A DNA stretch of 64,000 nt from an uncultured Planctomycetaceae bacterium (GCA_963833985.1 CAWIAD010000001.1:3392001-3456000); one strand, 5' to 3'. Shown: positions 31,266 to 40,823, counted from the first letter of the stretch. Program-made: numbers and translations. Notes: generated by a model not told the origin, from the letters alone.

Positions 31266-32543
31266 CTATTGGCGCTTGTTGGCGATCGGGATATTCATCT
31301 CGTCCATGGTGATTACGTGCGTCAGTTCCGGAATCGCCCAAGGCACGTTCGGATCGACCTTGATCTTGAAGGCGTACATCGGCTGCAGGAGCTGATGATC
31401 TTCCTTGCGGAAGAGAACCGTACCCTTGGGCGAATCGAACGCCATGCCTTCCATCGCGGTAATCAGCTTCTCGGTATCGGTCGAACCGCCGGTCTTTTTC
31501 AAGGCCAGGACGACCGCCTGAGCGGCGATGAAGCCGCCGCAGGTGAAGAAATCGGGTGGCGCGCCGTTGAAACGCTTCTTGTTCTCCGCGACCAGCCAGT
31601 CGTTCACCGGATTCTTCGGGATGTCGTAATAGTAGTAGGCGGCGCCTTCCATTCCCGGGAAATCCTTGTAGGCAACCAGCGCCGGCAGGATGTTGCCGCC
31701 GGTCGATATTTCAATGCCCAACCGCTCCGGTCCCATTGCCTTGAGCGCCGCCAGCGGATTGCCGCCGGCCCAGTTGACGAAAATGATCTTGCGGCCTTGT
31801 TCTTTCGCCAACGCATCGAAGACGCGCTGAACAGGCGCGGTGAAATCCGTGGTTAGCGGCGGTGCATACTCTTCGAAAACCAATTTGGCGCCGGTGGGCG
31901 CCAGCGCCTTCTTGAAGGCGGTGACGAAGTCGCGGCCGAAGGCGTAATCCTGCGCCAGCGTCGCTACTACCGTGCCCGGCTTACCGATCGCGAGGGCGTT
32001 GGAGACGGCGTCCTGGGTGGAATTACGGCCGGTGCGGAAGATGTAGCGGTTCCACTTATCACCGGTGATCGAGTTGGCGACCGCAGGCTCGACGATGAAA
32101 ATCTTCTTGTTGTCCTGCGCGACGGGCAGCATCGCCAGCGCGACGGCCGAACTGGTCCCGCCGACCGCGATGTCGGCGCCGTCGTCGTTATAGGCTTCGT
32201 TCAAGAGATTGCGCCCGACATCGGGCTTGGTCTGGCTGTCTTTCTCAATCACGACCAGCTTATGACCGTCGACCATCATCGTTCCGTCAGTCGCGTAGGC
32301 AAGTCCCATGGCGAACCCTGCGGAGGTCTGCTTTGCATAAGCCTCGAGCGGCCCGGTCTTGTCGGCAATCAGCGCGATCTTGATGTCGCTTTCGGCGGCA
32401 CGTGTTTGCCCCGCCCAGAGTCCCGTAAGCGCCGCACCGAGCGCCACCAGCGTGGCACTGCACACGATCCACCGCCGACCGCCGCTGTTTGCGCATTGTC
32501 CGTGGTTCATGCCGATACTGGACTGCCGAAACCCTGCACGCAT
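31266..32543 (-). CDS. ABC substrate-binding protein (Liv-type)
   Basis: RBS GGGAG before ATG 32543; KTGPLEAY, EPAVANSITG..WNRYIFRT, FRKEDHQ. Confidence 0.88.
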   Translation of the reverse strand: MRAGFRQSSIGMNHGQCANSGGRRWIVCSATLVALGAALTGLWAGQTRAAESDIKIALIADKTGPLEAYAKQTSAGFAMGLAYATDGTMMVDGHKLVVIEKDSQTKPDVGRNLLNEAYNDDGADIAVGGTSSAVALAMLPVAQDNKKIFIVEPAVANSITGDKWNRYIFRTGRNSTQDAVSNALAIGKPGTVVATLAQDYAFGRDFVTAFKKALAPTGAKLVFEEYAPPLTTDFTAPVQRVFDALAKEQGRKIIFVNWAGGNPLAALKAMGPERLGIEISTGGNILPALVAYKDFPGMEGAAYYYYDIPKNPVNDWLVAENKKRFNGAPPDFFTCGGFIAAQAVVLALKKTGGSTDTEKLITAMEGMAFDSPKGTVLFRKEDHQLLQPMYAFKIKVDPNVPWAIPELTHVITMDEMNIPIANKRQ

Positions 32544-32742
32544 TTTGAACTCCCTTTTGGCCGAGCATGCCGATCGAGGGTCGTCGGGAACGCCATTTTG
32601 AATGAAGCCAGTGCGATCGCGTCCCGGCCCTTACGCCCGAGAATGCAAGCTTGATCTAAATCAGCGTGACGCACAAGCCTGATCGGCGCCAGGGCGTTGC
32701 GGCTGCGCGCATTCCTGACCGCCAAAGCCGATCCAACAACAA

Positions 32743-33301
32743 TCACGGATCGAGTTCGGTGTCCCAATAGAGATAGTCGAGCCAGCTGTCGTGCAGGTAG
32801 TTGGGGGGAAACAGCCGGCCGTTGCGATGCAAGTGCTGCACGCTCGGCTGGAAGGGCCGTTGCGACGGCCACATTTTCGAACTCGTCCGGCGTCAGGTTG
32901 CCCTTCCTGAGATTGCAGGGCGAGCAGGCTGCGACGACGTTGCTCCAGGTTGTGTGTCCGCCGCGCGAACGTGGCAGCAGATGATCGAACGTCAGGTCGT
33001 CTCGTGCGCCGCAATACTGGCAGGCGAAGCGGTCGCGGAGGAACACGTTGAACCGCGTGAACGCTGGGTGCGTCGACGGCTTCACGTAGGTCTTGAGTGA
33101 CACCACGCTCGGCAGCTTCATTTCGAGGCTGGGGCTGTGAACGGCGCGGTCGTAATTGGCGACGATATTCACGCGGTCGAGAAAGACCGCCTTGATCGCG
33201 TCCTGCCACGACCACAGCGAGAGGGGATAGTAACTCAGCGGGCGAAAATCCGCGTTCAAGACCAGCGCCGGAAAGCCCGATGGCGATACTTGAGCGTTCA
33301 A
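32743..33301 (-). CDS. HNH endonuclease (McrA-like); frameshift near 32875
   Basis: LVLNADFRPLSYYPLS, RDRFACQYC, TFDHLLPRSRGG, CSPCNLRKG; C-terminus WLDYLYWDTELDP in the next frame. Confidence 0.88.
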
Positions 33302-33562
33302 GACCGTTCCTACCCAACTCACATGCCGCACCGCGGCGTCGGGTACTAGTTTATAGGTAGGCGTGACAGGATTGTGAAGCCCGCCCCGCGGCTTAGGCGG
33401 AGGCGCATTTTTGCTGGCGCTCTCCGAGACACCAATCGCGGGTCGGCGGGCCAGCGGCCATAATCGCTGGGCAGGTGGGCCACGACGTGGATGGAGGACG
33501 AGCCAGCGATTGCCCAGCCGCGCGCGTATTCAAGGCCGCGCCCGCCCGTCGTGGCATTCCGC

Positions 33563-34231
33563 TTAACGCGGCAAATTCCGCGCGAGGAATTCGCCGCCGT
33601 GGCGAAGCCCTTCGGGGTCGATGCCGTGGCCGAGGCCGGCGGACAAGTGCCATTCCACCGGTACGCCGAGCGCCGCGAGCCCCTGGGTCGCCTGAAATAA
33701 TGCCTGCGACGGAATGAGTTCGTCGCGCTCGCCGTGCACCAGAAGCACCGGCGGACGCGACGTGATTTCCGCGGCGACGGTTTCCGGATTGCCGTCGGGC
33801 GGCAGCACCAGCAGCCCCGAATAGCCGACGATCGCGGCAGGCGCGACCGCGCGCCGCAGGCCTACATGCAGGGACATCATGGTGCCCTGGCTGAAGCCGA
33901 CCAGCGCCAGCGCGGACGGCGGCAAGCCGAGACGGGTGAGTTCGGCGTCGATGAAGCGTTCCAGTGCCGGCGCCGCCTTGTTGACGCCGACCCAGCGTTC
34001 GTTCGGATCGCGAAACGTCAACGCGAACCATTGCCGTCCAACCGGCGCCTGCCCGCACGGCTCGGGAGCGTGCGGCGAAACGAATGCGGCATGCGGCAGG
34101 AATTGTTGCCAGACCCGGCCGATCTCGATGAGGTCGTTACCGTCGGCGCCGTAGCCATGAAGGAACACGACAAGCTGTCGCGCAGTTCCGGAGTGCGGCG
34201 AAAGCCGCGGACCATCGAGTTCAGCGGCCAT
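33563..34231 (-). CDS. Phospholipase/carboxylesterase (alpha/beta hydrolase)
   Basis: FLHGYGADG, GFSQG, LVHGERD, GHGID. Confidence 0.9.
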   Translation of the reverse strand: MAAELDGPRLSPHSGTARQLVVFLHGYGADGNDLIEIGRVWQQFLPHAAFVSPHAPEPCGQAPVGRQWFALTFRDPNERWVGVNKAAPALERFIDAELTRLGLPPSALALVGFSQGTMMSLHVGLRRAVAPAAIVGYSGLLVLPPDGNPETVAAEITSRPPVLLVHGERDELIPSQALFQATQGLAALGVPVEWHLSAGLGHGIDPEGLRHGGEFLARNLPR

Positions 34232-34313
34232 GCATTTTCCCGTGCGCTCCGGCGTCGCTCGTCGCGAGCGTGATGGGCTTCGCTTTAGCCGGGGCAGCGA
34301 GCGCCTGTCTACG

Positions 34314-36453
34314 TCAGAATGCGCCGTGGATACGGCCAGCGAATACATTCGCGGGTCCGCGTTGGGTATTGTAGGCCGGGTTGATGATGAATTGGTAATC
34401 GGCGGAGACTTTCAGGGAGGGGGTCAACGCGTAGCTGTAGTAGGCCTCGATGAGATCCTCGAGGCCGGGGTTCGGCAATGCTCCGTCGCCGATCAGGAGT
34501 CCGAGACCGCCGGCATTGAAGTAGGCTTGGTGCACGGGGGCAATGCCGTTGACCACGCCGGCGATGCCGATCGTGTCGTCGGGGCGGCCCCACTGCGTGC
34601 CGGCGATCGAGACGCCAGCCTGTATCGTGCGGTCGATATCGGCGAAATCCCACGGTTCGATGGCGCCGTCGGCCCAACCGGCGCGGGCGAATACACCGAC
34701 GCTGTCGTTGACCTGCTGCTCCAGGTTGAGGCTCACGCCGGTCCGGTTCCGGTAAATGCGCACTGACGCCAGCGCGTTGCTGGGGTCGCCGGCAAACGGC
34801 TGGCCGGGCTGCGATAGATTGATCGCGTCCTGGAAATCCCCCGCGCGACCGTGGCTGAGGAAGCCGGTTACCTTGAGCTTTCCCGGTTGTCCCCAAAGCT
34901 CATGCCGTTCTTCGATTTCGCCGACATATTGCAATTGAGTGAAACCCGGATCGAGACCGTAGGCGAACTGGTTCATCCCGCCGCCCGCCGGCGTCGCCGA
35001 AAGATCGAACACGCCACCGCGGAATGCGAAGCGGCCCTGATACCACTCGGCGGCGGCGCCGTAGCTGTAGCCCCACGCGTCGCCGGCATAATCGAATGTG
35101 CCGGCATTGATGAGTGACCAGTTGAGGAAGTCCGCCTTCGGATTGTTGGCGTATCTGTTGGTGTCGAAGATGTCGACGATGGCGAACTTGCCGACTGTCA
35201 GCACGAGGCGGTTCTCCGTTACCGAACCGGCGAACTGGTTGATGTCGGCGTCCAGCTTCTGCGTCGCGCCGCCGAGATCGATGGTCTGGCGGACGAAATA
35301 ACGCTGCACGCGGGCATAAGGATCGTTTGTGCCGAGCTTGTAAGCCTCGCCGCTCGGAAATCCGGCCGACGCCGTGCGTGTCGCCGATGCCAAAGCCCTG
35401 ATCGAGCTCCGGATTGACCCAGAGCTCGGCACCCTGCCAAAGCCGCAGGCCGGCGAAGAGCGTTGCATCCGCCGTCTCGCGCGCTTGGCCGCCGTGTGGA
35501 AGGCTGTTGGGACCTTCAAATGGCGACCGGATCGACGGATAGCCCTGCCAGACAAACGTCGACTGGCCATGGAAATTGACCAGGTCCGGGTCCTCCACGG
35601 CCTTGGCTTTGGTGACCATGGCGGCCCCGTAGGCCGGCACCGCGTCGTTGTTGAACTGATAATTCACGCCGACGCGGACTTCTTGCAGCGTGAAGTCGGA
35701 ATTGAACGGCTGCGCGCCGGCAAAGAACGCGGTGTTTTTGTTGCCGTAATCGGTGAACAGATATTCCGCCCGCGCGGTCCAGTGCGGCGCAATCGGCACC
35801 TCGACGCCGGCTCCCGCGGTCCAGCCCAGCCGCCACACGAACGGCGTCTCGGTGTTGCCGGTAGAGACCTGGGTGAGCGACTGATGATCGTAGGTCCAGG
35901 CGAAACCGCCGGTCGCATAGAACAGCCAGCTACCGGGAGCATAACCGATGCGGCCCCGCACCGTGCCGGACTCCAGTACCGTTTCGGCAAAACTCGCGGC
36001 GCCAAGCGTCGGCGACACAAATGCCGAACTGCCGCCAATAGAGACGCCGAACGGATTTACGCCGGTCGGCAGCGTTGGCCAGGCCGGGAACGATGCATCA
36101 ACCTCGCCACCGATGAGAACCCGGTTGGGCAGCATATAATTGTAGCCACCCTGAACCCCGGCGAAGAAGCTGCCGCCTTCGTTGAAGGTGTCGAGTGTTT
36201 GAAACAGATTGGTCGAGCCGTTGATGCCGGGACCCGCCGACCAATTCGAGCTTCCCCACGCCACGCCGAGGTGACCGCCGACATAAAATCCGGTCCAGTT
36301 GTAGGCAGGCGAATTGCTGAAGGGAATCGCCGGAGCCTTCGTCACCATGGTGTCGTCGGCCGCGGCGCTTCCGGCAAACATGATGGCGGCGGCAGAGGTC
36401 GCCAGCCAAAGCTTTAGCGATGGGCGCGGTATGACGGCTGCGCGCATCGGCAT
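34314..36453 (-). CDS. MnoP-like two-domain porin (Omp25/OmpA-like barrel + OprB carbohydrate-porin barrel); frameshift near 35365; start could be 36447-36525
   Basis: N-part: MVTKAP, YNWTGFYVGG, GWTAGAGVE, RAEYLFTDYG, RVGVNYQF. C-part: NFHGQSTF, NPELDQGFG, GFPSGEAYK, FDYAGDAWGY, EAYYS, DYQFIINPAYN, terminal Phe. Confidence 0.85.
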
Positions 36454-36604
36454 TTTGCCGATCTTCGGGCGGGTGAAAGTCCTGTTCGATAGAATCCGTA
36501 CCAAGTCAGCCATCGCGGCCCCCATCCGTGTGACAACTTGCTCCGTCACCACAGCGGAAGCCCGCCCCAATCGCGCACCCCGCACGCCGGAAAGGATGAC
36601 TTCT

Positions 36605-36802
36605 GTTCAGGCAGGTCTCCTGGCTCGCGGATCCTCATCCTTCTCCGCCTTCCCAGCCTTTGCACCGCAAAGGCCAGTGGCATCTGAGAGAAGGACTCAC
36701 CGCCAACAGTTGCGGGGGCAGCTCCAGATTTGGCCCGTCGCCGAAACGGCGAGCCGCACCGAATTCCCTCTTGGCTGATCAACGCGATCAGCGCACCTGA
36801 AC
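36605..36802 (-). ncRNA. Cobalamin riboswitch, long class-I (AdoCbl) type
   Basis: Minus strand: GTTCAGGTGC..AAGAGGGAATTCGGTG..AAATCTGGAGCTGCCCCCGCAACTGT..GCCACTG..CTGGGAAGGC..GAGCCAGGAGACCTGCCTGAAC; P1 GTTCAGG/CCTGAAC. Confidence 0.93.
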
Positions 36803-36809
36803 GATGAGA

Positions 36810-36838
36810 ATTCAACGACCGAATGTTGTTCGTGTCAA
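36810..36838 (-). promoter_or_regulatory. Sigma70-type promoter for the riboswitch-porin transcript
   Basis: TTGACA-N17-TTGAAT immediately 5' of riboswitch P1. Confidence 0.6.
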
Positions 36839-37342
36839 TCCGCCGAAAAGTTTTTTGATGCGCGTTGTTGCAATCCGGCCACGCTTCCGCCCCCGGCGAC
36901 TGTCTCAAAGTCGCCGCGTCATACGGCCGCCGATTGGGACTCTTCCAGAAGGGCATCCAAATGCTCTCATTAACCATCGGCGTTATTATGTAGCCAATGC
37001 TACAATTCGACCCATTCGTCAAGGCGTGAAGCGAAGCCGAGCGGGAACAGCTGCTATCGCCTGCCGGCGAGAAATAGATTCAAAAAAGCGAGAAATTCTT
37101 GCGCGCCCCGATTGACCGGAAAGATCAAGCAGGCGACCGAAAGCAACGTCAACGTCTATGTTTTAGAATTACTGTAGACTTGAGTTCGCGGCTCAGTCTT
37201 GAAAGTAAAATGGTTCGCAATCTGTAAGATCGCGCCAGTGCATCCGCTCGACGCGAGATTCCAGCGCCTGTCCGTGCCGCTTAAGCGAGTCATCGACACC
37301 GGCGCGGTATCGATGCGCCCGTCCCCGTTAGAATGGCGCCAA

Positions 37343-37436
37343 TCACGAAGAGGGTCTGGCTCTCGACCGATACAAATCACAGGCCAATCCAGTGGCGCGA
37401 CCGCGCCGGAGTTTCACCGGCTTCCCCATTTCGCGA
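37343..37436 (-). ncRNA. Second cobalamin riboswitch, short (class-II-like) form
   Basis: Minus strand: TCGCGAAATGGGGAAGCCGGTGAAACTCCGGCGCGGTCGCGCCACTG...GAGAGCCAGACCCTCTTCGTGA; closing stem TCGCGAA/TTCGTGA. Confidence 0.72.
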
Positions 37437-37552
37437 AGACAACGGCACGATAGAATTGTCGTTAAAACACAGCGCCAGACTGTCCGCGGCGCGCCACGCA
37501 TCGCGCCTCGCCGGGCCGCCGCATGTCGGTTTAGTCATTGGTACGCCCTTTG

Positions 37553-37620
37553 TTTGAAAGCATTCTAAACTTGAAGATTTAGAATAGTTCAAAACAATTG
37601 TAGTATAGAATGGCTCTAAT
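37553..37620. promoter_or_regulatory. Three phased ICE-like (Irr-binding) motifs
   Basis: TTTGAAA-GCA-TTCTAAA, TTTAGAA-TAG-TTCAAAA, TATAGAA-TGG-CTCTAAT versus rhizobial ICE consensus TTTAGAA-N3-TTCTAAA. Confidence 0.7.
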
Positions 37621-37721
37621 ATTTTGGAATATTTGAATTTGTACTTGACGCCGGCAGCCGTTGCCGCGCATTCATGGCGGAGTTGCGGCGCAGGGGGTGC
37701 GCCCGCCTTCGCGGGAAAATC

Positions 37722-38627
37722 ATGTCGGGTTTTTTCTGCAATCGCTGTTTGGCGACACGCCTGTTGCTTTGTTTCGCTGTGGCAGCGTTCGTGTTCGCGA
37801 ATCCGCTGCGCGCCGCCGCGCAGAGCGAGAGCGCGTTTCACGAACTTGAAACCAAGTATCTCTTCGGCAGTTTCACCGTCGGCTCGTCGACCGGAATAGA
37901 AGGCGAGAAGGCGATCGAGCCGGACACCCAAGCCAATTTCGGCAAGCGCGGCGGGCGCTACGGGGTGAGCGAGACTGAGCTCGAATTTGAATATACGCCC
38001 AATCAGTACGTCCAGATCGAACTCGGGCCGACGATCTCATACTACAATATCAACGGGGCGCCCGGTCTCGCTGATCGCAACATGGGGACGATCAACGGCC
38101 TCAGCGGCGACTTCAGATTTCTTCTCGTCGAGCGCAATCCTTCGCCGTTCGCCGTTACGCTGTCGGTCGAACCGGAATGGCATGGCCGCGATGAGACGAG
38201 CGGCGTTCCGGTGTCGAATTACGGTCTGGAAACCAAGCTTGAAGCCGATACCGAGATCATCAAGAACCGCTTGTTCCTCGCTTTCAATCTTCTCTACGAG
38301 CCGGAAGGAACGAATTCCTCTCCGGGTTGGACCAACGAATCGACCTTCGGCGCCTCGTCGGCGCTCGCCTTCCAGGTCATTCCCAACGTCGTCATCGGCG
38401 CGGACCTTTGGTATCTGCGCCACTATGAGGGACTGGGGTTCAACTCGTTTACTGGCGATGCCGTTTATTTGGGTCCGACGTTGTTCTGGAAAATCAGCTC
38501 CAAGGTGCTCATGAGCGCGTCTTGGGAGGCCCAGGTCGCAGGCCATGAGGTCGACGTCGCATCCGCCTTCGATCTGACGGATTTTTCCCGCCAGCGGGCA
38601 AGGCTGTTGTTGGAGTTCGAATTCTAG
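37722..38627 (+). CDS. Uncharacterised putative outer-membrane beta-barrel protein
   Basis: Signal peptide, alternating amphipathic strands (ELEFEYT, LFLAFNLLYE, VYLGPTLFWK), C-terminal LLLEFEF. Confidence 0.7.
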   Translation: MSGFFCNRCLATRLLLCFAVAAFVFANPLRAAAQSESAFHELETKYLFGSFTVGSSTGIEGEKAIEPDTQANFGKRGGRYGVSETELEFEYTPNQYVQIELGPTISYYNINGAPGLADRNMGTINGLSGDFRFLLVERNPSPFAVTLSVEPEWHGRDETSGVPVSNYGLETKLEADTEIIKNRLFLAFNLLYEPEGTNSSPGWTNESTFGASSALAFQVIPNVVIGADLWYLRHYEGLGFNSFTGDAVYLGPTLFWKISSKVLMSASWEAQVAGHEVDVASAFDLTDFSRQRARLLLEFEF

Positions 38628-38674
38628 AATTTCGCCCGGCTTTGGCGGTGATCGCCGATCTGAAGGAGATAACG

Positions 38675-39022
38675 ATGAGAGCGAAATTGACTTGGGAGCG
38701 GACGATCGCCGCCGTGTTGGTGGCGGGCGTCGTGATTGTGGCCGCCGGCGTTGCCGCTCGCGCGGAAGGAGTCGCGATCTCCGTCAAAGGTCATCATTTT
38801 CAGCCGGCCGAAGTCCAAGCGCCGGCAAACAAGCCGCTGGCCCTGCGGGTCAAGAACCTCGATGCGGTGCCGATGGAATTCGAGAGCGTGTCGCTGCGGG
38901 TCGAAAAGGTCATTGCGCCCGGCAGCGAAGGCATTGTCAACGTGCGCGCTTTGGCGCCGGGCCGCTACGAGTTTTTCGATGACTTCCACCAGGAGACGAG
39001 GGGCGTTTTGGTGGTGAAGTAG
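38675..39022 (+). CDS. Periplasmic cupredoxin-domain protein (EfeO N-terminal/FtrB-like)
   Basis: Signal peptide, FQPAEVQAPA, VKNLD..PMEFES..LRVEKVIAPG, PGRYEFFDDFH; RBS AAGGAG. Confidence 0.88.
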   Translation: MRAKLTWERTIAAVLVAGVVIVAAGVAARAEGVAISVKGHHFQPAEVQAPANKPLALRVKNLDAVPMEFESVSLRVEKVIAPGSEGIVNVRALAPGRYEFFDDFHQETRGVLVVK

Positions 39023-39710
39023 CGGGCCGGACGCGGTCTCGCGGTGGCGACCGCTTGGCGGCGGACGATTTTGCCTTTGCTTCGGCGGCGGCGCGATAAT
39101 ACGTCCACAGGATTCTGGCCGCGATTGCCCGCCACGGCCGCCACGGATCCGCCAGCGCCTGCATCTCCTTGGCGGTCGGTCTTGCCGGCAAGCCGAAGGC
39201 GACGCGAGCGGCCTCCTGGAGCGCCAGGTCGCCGGCTGGCCATGCATCGGCGTGACCGAGGCAAGACAGCAGATAGATGTCGGCAGTCCACGGGCCGATG
39301 CCGTGCACGACGGTGAGCGCCGCGTGCGCCTCTTCGGCGGAAAGGTTGCCGAGCGCGGCGAGCGCCAGTTCGTCGCGCTCGACAGCACGCGCGATCGCCT
39401 TGAGCGCGCGAATTTTGGGCGCCGACAGCCCGAGCCGCGCCAGCCGCGCCGGACGGGCGCGCAGGATGGCCGCGGGTTCGAGCGGATCGAATGCTGCGGC
39501 AAGCCGTCCCCAGATGGCATTCGCGCTGGCGGTCGAAAGCTGCTGTGCCACAATGATGGCGGCAAGACCGGGAAAACCATCCGGCCGCCGCCGCAACGGC
39601 GGCCGCCCAGCTTGGGCTACCAGCGCGGTAAATCGCGGATCGGCTTTCCCGATCGCCGCCAATGCGGCATCGAGATCGGCTTCGGTGTGGATATGAGTGT
39701 GCCTCGTCAT
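38937..39710 (-). CDS. alkA: DNA-3-methyladenine glycosylase II (AlkA family); true 3' end uncertain
   Basis: IVAQQLSTASA, HhH motif LTVVHGIGPWTAD, WPAGDLALQ, WRPWR. Confidence 0.88.
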   Translation of the reverse strand: MTRHTHIHTEADLDAALAAIGKADPRFTALVAQAGRPPLRRRPDGFPGLAAIIVAQQLSTASANAIWGRLAAAFDPLEPAAILRARPARLARLGLSAPKIRALKAIARAVERDELALAALGNLSAEEAHAALTVVHGIGPWTADIYLLSCLGHADAWPAGDLALQEAARVAFGLPARPTAKEMQALADPWRPWRAIAARILWTYYRAAAEAKAKSSAAKRSPPRDRVRPATSPPKRPSSPGGSHRKTRSGPAPKRAR

Positions 39711-39816
39711 GTCCGGTCGTCCTACAGGCTGTATGCGAAACGCGAACGGTAAGCTTACCTGATGGAGGTGAGCTGCCGTCATTAGTCGATCTTGCCGATC
39801 ACGGAAGCAATCGCCG

Positions 39817-40691
39817 ATGTACACGCGCATCTTTCGCTTCGCGCCAAGTCCGAACGGCTATCTGCATCTCGGCCATGCCTATTCGGCTTTGCTGAACTAC
39901 GACATGGCGCGCGAGGTCGGCGGGAGGCTTCTCCTGCGCATCGAGGACATCGACGCTTCACGCTGCCGGCCGGAATACGAGGCGGCAATCTACGAGGACC
40001 TCGCCTGGCTCGGTCTTTCCTGGCAACCCGCGGTGCGGCGGCAGAGCGAGCATTTTGACGACTACGCAGCTGCCCTGGCCAAACTCGAAGCGACGGGGCT
40101 TGTCTATCCGAGTTTCGAGAGCCGCAGCGAGATCAGTGCGCTGGTCGCCGAGCGCGATCGGCAGGGTCATTGGCCGCGCGATCCCGACGGCGTCCCGCTT
40201 TACCCGGGCCGGGCCCGCAAAATGCAACGGGCCGAACGCGAACGCCGGCGGCACGAGAATGAACCGTTCACGCTGAGGCTCGCCATGGACGCGGCGGTGG
40301 CGCGTGCCGGCGTGCTGACCTGGACCGAAACCGGCACCGGTCCGCAGGGCCAGTCCGGCATCGTCGCCGCGGCGCCGCAGATGTGGGGCGATGTCGTGCT
40401 TGCTCGCAAGGAAGTGCCGACGAGCTATCACCTTGCGGTCGCCCTCGACGACGCGCTCCAGGGCGTGACGGAGGTGGTGCGCGGACAGGATTTGTTCTGG
40501 TCGACCAGCATTCACCGGATGTTGCAGGCGCTGCTCGGGCTGCCGGAGCCGATCTACCATCATCATAAGATCATTCTTGACGGGGCGGCCGCAAGCTGTC
40601 GAAATCCACGTTGGCGACGAGCTTGCGCGAGTTGCGCGCCACCGGCGCGACGGCGGCGGACATCAGGCGCATGGTGGGGCTTGGTCGTTAA
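39817..40691 (+). CDS. gluQ: tRNA glutamyl-Q(34) synthetase; frameshift near 40585
   Basis: RFAPSPNGYLHLGH, LRIEDID, SYHLAVALDD, RGQDL, GRKLSKS in the next frame. Confidence 0.9.
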
Positions 40692-40746
40692 AGCTTTGGT
40701 CTTTGTCGTTAAAGGCTTGGTCTTTGTCGTTAAAGGCTTGGTCTTT
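40684..40746. repeat. Three tandem 21-bp repeats spanning the gluQ stop
   Basis: GTCGTTAAAG(C/G)(T/C)TTGGTCTTT x3. Confidence 0.9.
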
Positions 40747-40823
40747 AAAGACTTTGGCCACTAATTCGCGATCCCGCGCTTGTTTTGTTTGATCCGCATG
40801 GCATGCTGAACGGCGGGGCAGCC

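Noticed and set aside
32743..33301. HNH gene as homing endonuclease or defence system
   Set aside because: No intron, methyltransferase or defence partner; it resembles the conserved chromosomal HNH found beside esterase, alkA and gluQ in this order
36546..37022. 158-aa ORF between the two riboswitches
   Set aside because: Runs through the promoter and riboswitch, has no recognisable motifs and atypical composition
38937..39022. Functional antisense overlap of alkA and the cupredoxin gene
   Set aside because: The alkA tail is low-complexity and its stop may be displaced by an indel; not supportable
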